DNA of 64,000 nucleotides from Octopus vulgaris (Eukaryota): NCBI GenBank assembly GCA_951406725.2, contig OX597822.1, positions 112,158,001 to 112,222,000 of the forward strand, read 5' to 3'. Shown piece by piece: positions 27,717 to 37,700 of this stretch (position 1 is its first letter; each line of letters starts with the position of its first letter). The notes under the pieces were generated by a model. It saw only the letters and a program-made list of their open reading frames with translations, ran no database searches and was not told where the DNA came from. The position numbers and the translations under genes were made by a program.

Positions 27717-29210
27717 CATACATACATATACATTCATACATAGACATACATACATATATATATATACACATATATATACATACTAGCTTCATTTCTTTCG
27801 AGGCTACGCATATCCTCCACAGTCATGGCCCATGTTTCACTCCCGTGAAGCATGGTGGTTCACACACATGCATCATACAATCTACCTTTCACTCTGAGCG
27901 AGAGGCCCTTTGTCACCAGTAGGGGTAGGAGCTTTCTAAACTTTGCCCAGGCTATTCTTATTCTAGTGGTAACGTTCTCAGAGCATCCACCCCCCACTAC
28001 TAACTTGGTCAGCTAGGTAGCGGAAGCTATTATCTACTTCTAGTTTCTTCCCCTGGAGTGTCATGGAATCCGTTTTCTGAGCATCTGTGGTGTTTATTGT
28101 CCCTGTGCATCTGCCGCACACAAAAGCTGTCTTCTCAGTTAATCTTCCTTTGATGTTGCTGCACCTCTTATGTGTCCATAGCTTACACTGGGTACATCTT
28201 ATGGAGTTTCTACCTACACCTTTTCTACAGATCAAGCAGGGCCACCTGCCTGAGGAGGTGTGTGATGAGTTCGCCTTCCTACTTACTAGAACTTTGGTCT
28301 TTGCTACACTGACACTGCATGGACCCTAAGTAAGGCATGTGTGAAATTTGAATTAAATCTGTTGGGTAGTTCTCCAGTTTTAGTGATGCACACCTACATA
28401 CATATAGACAGGCACAAATTCTCAGTTTTATATATATATATATGTGTATATATATGTCTGTGTGTATATATGTGTATGTGTGTGTGTGTCTCTATCTCTG
28501 TGGGATGACGTCAGCAGCTGGGGAGCTGACCGGAAGAGGAAGGGGCAGGAGTGACGCACTCACAGGCAGGGGAGCATTGGCCTTTCGATTGGGGTAAGCC
28601 GACAGAGTTAGACGTGTGAGCGCTTTATCAAGGTAGGGGAAAAGCAGCTGCTATTTCTAGCATTCGGGTCAGGCCACATGGAAGGGTGCATTACCACTGG
28701 AGATGTCTCGGTCGACAAAGAGGAGGTAGGTGTCCTTATTTCAAATTTCCCGCATGCACCACAGTTTCTTCCCCTGCTATCGCTTGACAACCAATGTTGC
28801 TGTGTTTGTGTCCCCGTAACTTAGCCGTTTGGCAAAACACACCAATAGAGTAAGTACTTACGAAGAATAAATCCTGAGGTTGATTTCTTTGACTAAAGGT
28901 GGTGCTCCAGCATGGCTGCAGTCACATGACCGAAACAACTAAAACAATAAATAACTATACTATTTTAATCCTGAGTAATACCAGGTATCTCTGCTAATAT
29001 GTGTGTGTGCATGCGCGTGCATGTATGTATGTATATATATATATAGGCGCAGGAGTGGCTGTGTGGTAAGTAGCTTGTTTACCAACCACATGGTTCCGGG
29101 TTCAGTCCCACTGCGCGGCATCTTGGGCAAGTGTCTTCTGCTATAGCCCCGGGCCGACCAATACCTTGTGAGTGGATTTGGTAGACAGAAACTGAAAGAA
29201 GCCTGTTGTA

Positions 29211-29256
<46 letters not shown>

Positions 29257-29752
29257 TGTGTGTGTGTGTTTGTCCCTCTAGCATTGCTTGACAACCGATG
29301 CTGGTGTGTTTACGTCCCGGTCACCTAGCGGTTCGGCAAAAGAGACCGATAGAATAAGTACTGGGCTTACAAAGAATGAGTCCCGGGGTCGATTCGCTCG
29401 ACTAAAGGCGGTGCTCCAGCATGGCCGCAGTCAAATGACTGAAACAAGTAAAAGTGTGTAAAAGAGAGAGAGTATATATATATATATATAGGTACTGTAA
29501 ATTTAGGGTGGAATACTTGATAAGTGTAAGCACCTGTATATGCCAGATAGTGGCAGAGGTGAAAGACAATATATGGTAATACTACATGTACTCTTTGGAA
29601 TAACAATGTGTGTGGCTGGAGAGAGCTTTAAACCATATTTTATATCAATTATACACTGATGTAAGAACGGATTATTTATAAAGCTTGAAACACGTGTACC
29701 GCGATATCCTTTGTGTTCTGTTTTTAATTTTATTTGATGTACATATATATAT

Positions 29753-29785
<33 letters not shown>

Positions 29786-29789
29786 CATG

Positions 29790-29827
<38 letters not shown>

Positions 29828-30015
29828 TACATGTATATATTCATATCATTTTAATTATTTTAGGTCGCATTCTCAATCAAGATGAAATCAGGAAGTTTTT
29901 GTACAATCCAAAGCAGTATTACCCAGGTACGAGGCTGGTATTTGCTGGTATTAAAAAAAAATCTGAACTTGAAGGCTTAATAGCATATATAATCCAATCA
30001 TGCAAGCAGTATTAA
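5003..30015 (+). CDS. Spliced gene for a secreted cytochrome c-like protein lacking heme ligands. Coding exons 5003-5051, 13579-13633, 15133-15263, then 22008-22156 (127-aa isoform) or 29864-30015 (128-aa isoform)
   Basis: All junctions are GT-AG with matching phases (1,2,1). Translation: [128 protein letters not shown]. The C-terminal half aligns without gaps to cytochrome c residues 56-104. Confidence 0.8.
5078..6220 (-). repeat. Tandem array of ~2.9 copies of a 394-bp CR1/L2-type LINE 3' end with a (TTA)n tail
   Basis: Near-identical ORFs at 5264 and 5658 (offset 394). Same family as 39207-39815 and 33440-34075. Confidence 0.9.
6410..6635. mobile_element. piggyBac-like MITE (related copies at 41298-41525 and 46225-46451)
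   Basis: TTAA-ccctttag ... ctaaaggg-TTAA termini. Confidence 0.75.
6700..8097 (+). mobile_element. Degenerate CRE-like non-LTR retrotransposon fragment (RT plus restriction-like endonuclease)
   Basis: Motifs [30 protein letters not shown] and [15 protein letters not shown], with several stops and frameshifts. Confidence 0.75.
8098..12025 (+). mobile_element. CR1/L2-group LINE: 5'-truncated ORF1 with CCCH fingers and near-complete ORF2 (APE plus RT) with two frameshifts
   Basis: ORF2 pieces 8869-10365, 10616-11182 and 11157-11936. EN motifs ETH, LYRPP, GDFN, SDH; RT motifs [23 protein letters not shown]; [10 protein letters not shown]. Confidence 0.93.
13579..13633 (+). CDS. Cyt c-like gene coding exon 2: [18 protein letters not shown](S)
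   Basis: cttcag acceptor and |gtaag donor. Phase 1 in and phase 2 out links exons 1 and 3 in frame. Confidence 0.7.
13697..14088 (-). mobile_element. Non-autonomous Helitron
   Basis: Minus strand starts TC-tctatatataaag and ends with hairpin cccgagcaatgccagg followed by CTAG. Confidence 0.7.
14612..15010 (+). mobile_element. Non-autonomous Helitron
   Basis: 5' TCtttatatataaaag; 3' hairpin cccgagcaacgccggg followed by CTAG|t. Confidence 0.75.
15133..15263 (+). CDS. Cyt c-like gene coding exon 3: N-terminal half of the cytochrome c-like domain, no CXXCH
   Basis: ttttag acceptor and G|gtaatt donor. [12 protein letters not shown] resembles DVEKGKKIFVQK and GPYL resembles GPNL. Confidence 0.78.
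17096..18013 (-). mobile_element. Tc1/mariner-superfamily relic inside TA microsatellites
   Basis: Termini cagggtgtg / cacaccctg flanked by TA; [13 protein letters not shown]-like motif on the minus strand. Confidence 0.7.
18245..19485. repeat. Locally repeated ~110-150-bp blocks (18245, 18990, 19370), microsatellite-flanked, possibly Penelope pseudo-LTR-like; similar arrangement at 26690-27570
   Basis: Recurring aaacatccagacag..gggtcattcggagttttctttcctcag block. Confidence 0.55.
20312..21959 (+). mobile_element. Mariner relic with intact TIRs and nested insertions
   Basis: TA-flanked TIRs ttgggtcatcccataaataatg / cattatttatgggatgacccaa; [11 protein letters not shown] and [24 protein letters not shown]. 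Confidence 0.88.
22008..22156 (+). CDS. Cyt c-like gene alternative C-terminal exon 4a (exon probably continues as UTR to a donor at 22201)
   Basis: tttttag acceptor. Open frame [49 protein letters not shown], homologous to cyt c 56-104 and to exon 4b. G|gtaagt donor at 22201/22202. Confidence 0.72.
22277..23802 (-). mobile_element. Second mariner relic, interrupted by a SINE (22293-22527) and an RTE-like tail fragment (~23125-23470)
   Basis: [48 protein letters not shown]. The SINE is flanked by the TSD ggtatcaaaac. Confidence 0.85.
24600..26460 (-). mobile_element. Degenerate Penelope-like element (RT plus GIY-YIG)
   Basis: [71 protein letters not shown]. Confidence 0.9.
27790..28310 (-). 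mobile_element. RTE-clade LINE fragment (other RTE 3' fragments at 23935-24230 +, 36597-36915 -, 63500-64000 -)
   Basis: [23 protein letters not shown] and [10 protein letters not shown]; elsewhere [16 protein letters not shown] and QFAGHCCR. Confidence 0.75.
29864..30015 (+). CDS. Cyt c-like gene C-terminal exon 4b
   Basis: ttttag acceptor. [50 protein letters not shown] versus the cyt c motif NPKKYIPGTKMIFAGIKKK...DLIAYL. Confidence 0.88.
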
Positions 30016-30338
30016 ATCAATTTTTGAAGTAGACAAGTATCAAATGATTTTACATCTGTTTTTCCTGTATTACCCTGGCCAGGGTAATTCTGAGCATCAA
30101 AGAAAAAGACAGTTTTTACCTGCTGCATTATAAAGTAACTATTCTCAATGATTTTCAACTTAAAAACCAGGAATCTAATTTACCTTATGTTTGAGTATAC
30201 TGACATTTTCAGTGTTATTGTAAGCTATTCTTAGAGATAAAGTTTAAATATCTTTCTACCACTGTCTCTCTTTCTTAGAGATTAAAGAATATTTCTCACT
30301 CTGTTGTTTAGTTGCAGCCCAGACTGATTGAACAGATC

Positions 30339-30553
30339 GGTACTACTAGCGAACAGTGGTCCCAGTGCATGCACTTGCGTTGTCGCGCTAGCTAGTCGTG
30401 ACTAGTCGATCCTACAACGACTACCTAGCAAAGTATATAAAACACAAAATAATTTTTGTTAAACTAAGTAAATAAAACACAAAAACACAAAGTAAGGATC
30501 GATTAGTCATGACTAGCTAGCGCGCACCGGGACCACTGTTCTCAAGTAGTAGC
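30339..30553. mobile_element. MULE-like MITE
   Basis: Long imperfect TIRs and a 9-bp TSD gaacagatc at 30330-30338 and 30554-30562. Confidence 0.8.
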
Positions 30554-33439
30554 GAACAGATCTATAATCAAAGATATTTCACCTCTGAATATTGTATATT
30601 TTTGATAACTGACTGATTTAAAGCAGATTTGTTTTCTATTTCTAGCAGGTTGAATGACCACATGAAGGCTTCTCCTCAATCTGTTTACTATGGATATTTT
30701 TGAGGAATTTTGATAATCTTGTGAGACATTGGTTAGAGACTAATTCCTGTTCAACGTAATGATAGTTACAAAAGAAGAGTGTTATAGATGAGTGAATAAG
30801 TTTCTAAATTATTGTTTCTTATGTTGAGAGAGAGAGAGATTGGTATACACTCATCCTGATGAGAGAAGCACCTGAGTGATGCAGCTGGTTTAGTATTACT
30901 AAGAACATGACGACCCCCATAATGTTTGTGCCATGATAAAGTGTTTACAATACACTATGTAATGTGGTTGGCAAATGGACAACAGATGTAAGATGGAGAG
31001 GATCTTGTAGTTTTACTGAGGACATGACAACCCCTTTAGTATAGGGGTCATGATAAAATGTACCTGTTACATTCTGTAAAATGGTTTGCGTTAAGAAGGG
31101 CATCCGACAGAATGGAATCATCATCATTGTTTAACGTCCGCTTTTAGGACCTTGATTTTGCTCAGATGGATGGGTTTTCTTGAGCACAGTAATCTGCTCA
31201 TCATTATGGTTTTTGTCATTTCTGTGATGCTCAACTTCAAGAGTTTATTCCTTACTACTTCATGCCAGGTCTCCTAACACAGGTTCCATTCAGATTTAGT
31301 ACATGGCACTTCTTTATGCAGCTGTCCTCGTCCATACATATATGACCTGGTAAACTCTTACCTGTACTTTAAAATTGCAGCAGAATTCATGGCTTGACCG
31401 TACCGATAGCACCTCTATACATGGGTTTGTATGGCTTCCACAAGCCATCTGTCTATCTCTAGCTTTCTCAGAGACCACCAGATCCCAGAGCAAGGATCCG
31501 GTCAAAGTCTTTCTCCAGGTCAACAAATGCCAAGTACAATGGCTTACTTTTAGCTAGCTACTTCTTACTAAGATGTCATCAGTAGTACTTCTCAGCACAA
31601 AACCAAGCTACATCTCATCTAGTTTCTGTTCCAAATTCTCCATGACCTAGTCCTGTAATTACATTGAAGGCATCTGCTTTACCTCGTAACAGCTGACTAT
31701 AGTGCAGCTACACCAATCATTGGTTCCTGACACCATCTTGTACAAGCTGAGGCAGTGTCCTGCTCTGCCAGATATCTTAAGCATCACAACACTAATTTCT
31801 GATGACCAGGGCTTTTTCCTTCATTGCCTAGTCTATCACACTGCTATCAACCAAGATAGCTGGTCCCCTTGTGCAACAAGAAAACCCCTTTTCTCCCTGT
31901 CATTCTCTGTTTAGCACCATCCGATCATGGCCATTGCCAGCTTCGTCTGGTCTCCGTGCCGGTGGCACGTAAAAAGCACCATCCGATTGTGGCCGTTTGC
32001 TAGCCTCGTCTGGCATGTAAAAAGCACCCACTACACTCACGGAGTGGTTGGCATTATGAAGGGCACCCAACTGTAGAAACACTGCCAGATCAGACTGGGC
32101 CTGGTGCAGCCTTCTGGCTTCCCAGACCCCAGTTGAACCGTCCAACCCATGCTAGCATGGAAAGCGGACGCTAAACGATGATGATGATGGTGACTTCCAT
32201 GGTTTTTTGTTTTCAGAATCACTAAGAGAAATCATACCATCACATAAACACAGACGCATACACAAAAACACACTCCCAATAATCAATTTTTTTTATTTCA
32301 TTTAAAAAAAAATAATAAATTTTCTTTTTCTATGGATAATATCAATAAAAACACATCTTCCTCAATTTACACAATTTTGATTTGAATGGTGGTTTGCAGA
32401 TGCAAGCCAGTGTAAACTGAGAGGCAACCGGTGTTGGTTTGTTTACATCTTTGTAACTTAGCAGTTTGGTAAAATGATACTGACAAAATAAGTACCTGAC
32501 TTAAAAACAAAAGTAGAGGATTCAACTGGAGTCCTTAAATTTTCAACGTGAAACTCCAGTCTGGTCGTAGTCCTATGACAAACAAGAATAAAAAAATGCA
32601 CGTAGATCATTTTTGTTTTATACTTATAAACACACATCTATGTGTGTGTTGTGCTTATACTAACTCTAAAAATTAGTGTTGTGTAATTTAGTATAGCAGG
32701 TGATTCAACAAGTTGAGAATAAATAAAAATTGGGGTCAATATTAAAAGATAAAATCCCCAACACAAGTACCCCAGCATGGTTGCAGTCCACTGACCAAAA
32801 CTAGTAACAAAACCAAAGAACAAACACCATGTGACAAACAAAATAGAGAAGAAACTATTTTGTTTGGTAGTTACATTTGTTCCAGGGTGACATAACTAAT
32901 TTAATTTTCTAGTTAATTATAGACAAACTGAAACCTCTGGTAAGGTAAAAATAAATAATTTTTATCTATTGTGGATATATGGAAGCACTCCGTCGGTTAC
33001 GACGATAAGGGTTCCGGTTGATACGAATCAATGGAACAGCCTGCTCGTGAAATTAACGTGTAAGTGGCTGAGCACTCCACAGACACGTGTACCGTTAACG
33101 TAGTTCTTGGGGATATTCAGCGTGACAAGGCCGGCCCTTTGAAATACAGGTACAACAGAAACAGGAAGCAAGAGTGAGAGAAAGTTGTGGTGAAAGAGTA
33201 CAGCAGGGATCACCGCCATCCCCTGCCGGAGCCTCGTGGAGCTTTTAGGTGTTTTCGCTCAATAAACACTCACAACGCCCGGTCTGGGAATCGAAACCGC
33301 GAGTCCGCTGTCCTAACCACTGGGCCATTGCGCCTCCTATCTATTGTAGGTAGACAAGCAAAGCACATCTCTAAAATTTTCAAGAGGCTGTGGGTGTCTT
33401 GGCATCATGCAGCAAGACCTTTGTCAGCCACTCTCCAGC

Positions 33440-34075
33440 TATCTATTTAAGGCTGTATATGACTATGATGTGGCCACACATGGAATTTGCATCACCAGAC
33501 TGGAACCCCTATCTTGCTCAGGACATTGACCTCCTAGAAACTTCAGATACGTGAAAACAAGCAAATACCCCCCCCCACCCCCATCAGGCATCTCCCATAC
33601 TCTGAATGCCTTACTTTGCTAGGCATAGATACACTGAAGCTCTGACATTGGCAACTGACATGGTAAACATCCACAAAATTATTAACCATCGTGCCAACAA
33701 TCACCTTGTGCATCTTTTTGAGCTCCATGTGTCTAACACACATGTGGGAATGCCTACATAGTGAGAAAACAACACAGCTCCCATGACTTTCGGAAACGTA
33801 TTTTCACACTCAGAGTTGTTGAAGCATGGAACAAACTACCTGCATCAGCTGTTAGTTGCTGAGACATTGCATCTTTTAAAACCTCCAATGCTTCCTGAAA
33901 TTTACCAACGCTACACCTGATATCCTCCACTCCATACGCATGCACACATGTATATCATGACTCATACAATGTTCACTTTCCTGACTTTTTTTTACATAAT
34001 TCTATGTACTGTACACGCACCTTTGATGAGTTGTAGTGCACCTGAGCATTATACACAATAATTTCATTATTATTA
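33440..34075 (+). mobile_element. Degenerate CR1/L2-type LINE 3' fragment
   Basis: Homologous to 39207-39815 in the opposite orientation. Confidence 0.8.
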
Positions 34076-34253
34076 TATAAATAAGAGTGCAGCGACCTCA
34101 TAATTCTAACAAAATAAATTGCATAGAAATGTGTAAATATTTCAGGATTAAACTATACAAGTCAAAATTCAGATTTTTTCATTCAGAAAGCATTACATGA
34201 TATTCCATCTACTAATTTGACAAATTTGATGAAATAAATAAATTTATTAATAC

Positions 34254-34307
<54 letters not shown>

Positions 34308-34607
34308 TACACAAAAATGTTTGATGATAACAGTAATTAAGGGAATATAACATCTTAACTAAAATAAACTTTGGCAATGCTCAGTAACACCACGGATTAG
34401 GAGAAATATTTCTGTAATTGGCACTGATAAATTGAGATCAAGGCCAAAGGATTTTGAAAAAGCATGCATACAAGTCTTTATTGATGTATGCACTAATGGC
34501 AATCAATGAAACGGAGATGATTAATGAATAATAGGGCTTTAAGAGTCAATTCAGCCGAAGTTCTCGTGTTGACTAGGTGTGGAAATAATCTCACTGTTCG
34601 GTAATAG

Positions 34608-34776
34608 TCATTGGGTATGCAAGGGCATCCCACGTGGGTCTGGGACGCTGGCAGTTTCGAGGTTAGACTGGAGATTCATTAACCAGCGCTTGGTATGTGC
34701 ATCAGTACTGAGGATGTTTGCAAATGTGGAGTCTTTAAGTTGATCTGGAAGACACTGTCTAAGGGCTTCTCTGGCT
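34608..34776 (-). CDS. CNOT9: CNOT9 last coding exon [18 protein letters not shown]...[10 protein letters not shown]
   Basis: ctgtag acceptor, TGA at 34608-34610, AATAAA on the minus strand near 34480. Confidence 0.95.
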
Positions 34777-37700
34777 CTACAGTATATAGAAAAAACAAAA
34801 TTTTAATTTTAATTGATTTTAAACATAAACACAATACAAATAATCATTTTTTTTTGGGGGGGGGGTATTTACAGTTATTCACATCTATAGCTAAACAACT
34901 TGGTTCTTATGCAGATGAAATATTTCCTATTCTGGAGTGAAACCTATTCACAATGAAATATGTTTCTTTATTAGCCACACGGGGCTGCATACAGACGGGA
35001 CAGATTACAAAGTAGAGCTTTTCTTTTTAGGGGAAAGAAAAAAAAAAAGTGGGGTAGGTTTTCGATCAAAAGGGATCTTAAAAGGGGAAGAAGAAAAAAA
35101 AAATGTATTCAACAGTAGATATCTAAATATTAAAACAGCAATAGCTAAACAATTAACTTGGTTCTTATGCAGATGAAAAATTTCCTATTCTGGAGTGAAA
35201 CCTGTTCACAATGAAATAAATGTATTCCGTAATAAATAATCTCCAAGTTTTGATCTGAGACAAATAGAGAACTGCTATATCATTGCCTTACAATTACACA
35301 GAGAGTTAAATATGAGCTGGAATTTCCCCATATCTAATTTTGTCTACTTCTTACTACCTGTCCCAGCATTAATCTCAAGGTAAAGTTACTTGTGACAACT
35401 TTGTATGTATGTTAAGTGCGAATTGCAGAAGGTTAGCACCGTCCGAACATGGCCGATGCCACTGGCGTCCGTGTCAGTGACACGTAAAAGCACCAACCGA
35501 TCGTGGCCGTTTGCCAGCCTCCTCTGGCCCGTAAAAAAAGCACCCACTACACTTACAGAGTGGTTGGTGTTAGGAAGGGCATCCAGCTGTAGAAATACTG
35601 CCAGATCAGACTGGAGCCTGGTGCAGCCTTCATGGCTTACCAGACCCCATTCGAAAAGTCCAACCCATGCTAGCATGGGAAACGGACGTTAAACGATGAT
35701 GATGATGTTTCATGTTCTGACATAGCTTGAGGAAATTTCTCTTCAAGAAGAAATAACTAAATAAATGTTCAAAATCCATAAAGATACAAATAAACTCCAT
35801 AGCTAAAAAAAAGACTTTAAGGATCTTAACCATGTATCAAGCCTATAAGGCAAATTCATTTTGATAAAGTACCATTGCAGAAAAGTTAAGAAATTAGTAG
35901 GAACAAAAAGAAAAATCAGTATTTAAAAGTAAAACCTCACCGTGGATTGTCAGAAAGTCGTAGATAACAGCGAACAACATGCTTGAGCAGCCTTGCAGAA
36001 GGATCTTTTGATAAATGAAGGACCATCTTACCCTGAAAATAATTTATTTCACACTAAAATATCTGATAGATACATATAGACATAAATACATAAACACACA
36101 GATATATATATAGAGATGGCACGTAAAAAGCACCCACTACACTCTCGAAGTGGTTGACACTATGAAGAGCATCCAGCTGTAGAAACTCTGCCAGATCAAG
36201 ATTGGAGCCTGGTGCAGCCGTCTGGTTCGCCAGCCCTCAGTCAAAATCGTCTAACCCATGCTAGCATGGAAAGCGGACGTTAAACGATGATGATGGTCAC
36301 CTACTTCTAACCATCTGTCACTCTCCTTTCACTCGTGCAAATATGCCCATCCCAGATCCAATTTTCCTATTCCCATTTATATCCATCTTCTTGTACCTTG
36401 AGGATACATCCTGATACCTCATCACCACCATTCTCCCTTTTTAGCAGGGGCACCCATGTATCCTCCACAGCAGGATACATATTCCTAACCCTGTATCACA
36501 CTTTAGCCTCTCAAAATTTGGTACAAAGCCACCTCTCACAATATGACACCTGACTCTGTCAAGGGGCCTTGTTTTGCGAGTTACTCGTGCTCATCATCAT
36601 TGTTCGACCGTGGTTGAGACAATGGAATTTACCATGCTACGCCAGACTTCACGGTCCATCATAGCATTACGGAGGTCCTGTTGCTGGATGCCTGTATCCC
36701 TGGAGATTACATCAGGGTAGGAGAGTGTGCGCCCTCTGGTGTTGCGAGTAGATGGCTTCCAGAGGAGAAGAGTAGAAATTACCTCGTTTTCAGCTCTACA
36801 ACAATGTCCAGCAAACTGGACTCTCCTACCTTTCACAGGAGATGACACAGGTGGTAGTTTCCCATATATTTACATTTTGGTTGGATGGTGCTTCCACGAG
36901 AGATTTTGAGCTCTTATGCTGGTGTCACAAGAAAACTCAATATACTCTGTAAAATGGTTGTTTTTAGGAAGGGTATCCAGACATAGAAACCACACTGCAA
37001 CAGACAGAGCTTGACGAAGTTCTATGGTTCACTGGAGCCTGTCAAATCATTCAGCCCATGACAGCACGACAAAGAGATGATAAATTATGATGATTATGAT
37101 GACACATATGTTAAAATGTAAATGAAAGTGTCATCATCATTGTCATCGTTTAACGTCTGCTTTCCCTGCTGGCATGGGTTGGACAGTGCCGCCTGACTGG
37201 CTCCCGTGCCGGTGGCACATAAAAAGCACCCACTGCACTCTTGGAGTGGTTGGCGTTAGGAAGGGCATCCAGCTGTAGAAACTCTGCCAGATCAAGACTG
37301 GAGACTGGTGCAGCCATCTGGTTCACCAGTCCTCAGTCAAACCATCCAACCCATGCTAGCATGGAAAGCGGACATTAAACGATGATGATGATGATGATGG
37401 TTTGATAGAGTAATCAGAATGCTAAAGAGTTGTAGCGGTAGATAGGTAGTTGAATGATCTCCCTTGCAAGAAAGATCATAGAGTAACCTTCCTTATTCTA
37501 AGTTTCTTGAAGCATCGAGGTCACAAAACCTAATTCTTAATTATTCAAGAAGCTTGGCATTTCTTTCGGAATTTTCTAGAATGTCTAGCATACCATTAAT
37601 AAAAACAGTTTGCTAACCCAGCTTTTCCCTTCTTAGTCGATTAGACTTAGAGCCATTCACATCATTGCTATGTCCATCTATTTCTCTACGCTTCATAGCA

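Noticed and set aside
15352-28997. A single large Helitron capturing exon 4a (5' end at ~15352, degenerate 3'-like end at ~28997)
   Set aside because: The ends are 13 kb apart and degenerate, other Helitron fragments lie between them, and nothing shows that they belong to one element.
29734-29863. N-terminal part of ORF 29734..30015 (MMYIYIY...)
   Set aside because: Microsatellite read-through; the real coding sequence starts at the splice acceptor at 29864.
15133-30015. Ordinary functional cytochrome c, or a processed cyt c pseudogene
   Set aside because: CXXCH and Met80 are absent, so it is not an electron carrier. It has introns, intact frames and intact splice sites, so it is not a retrocopy.
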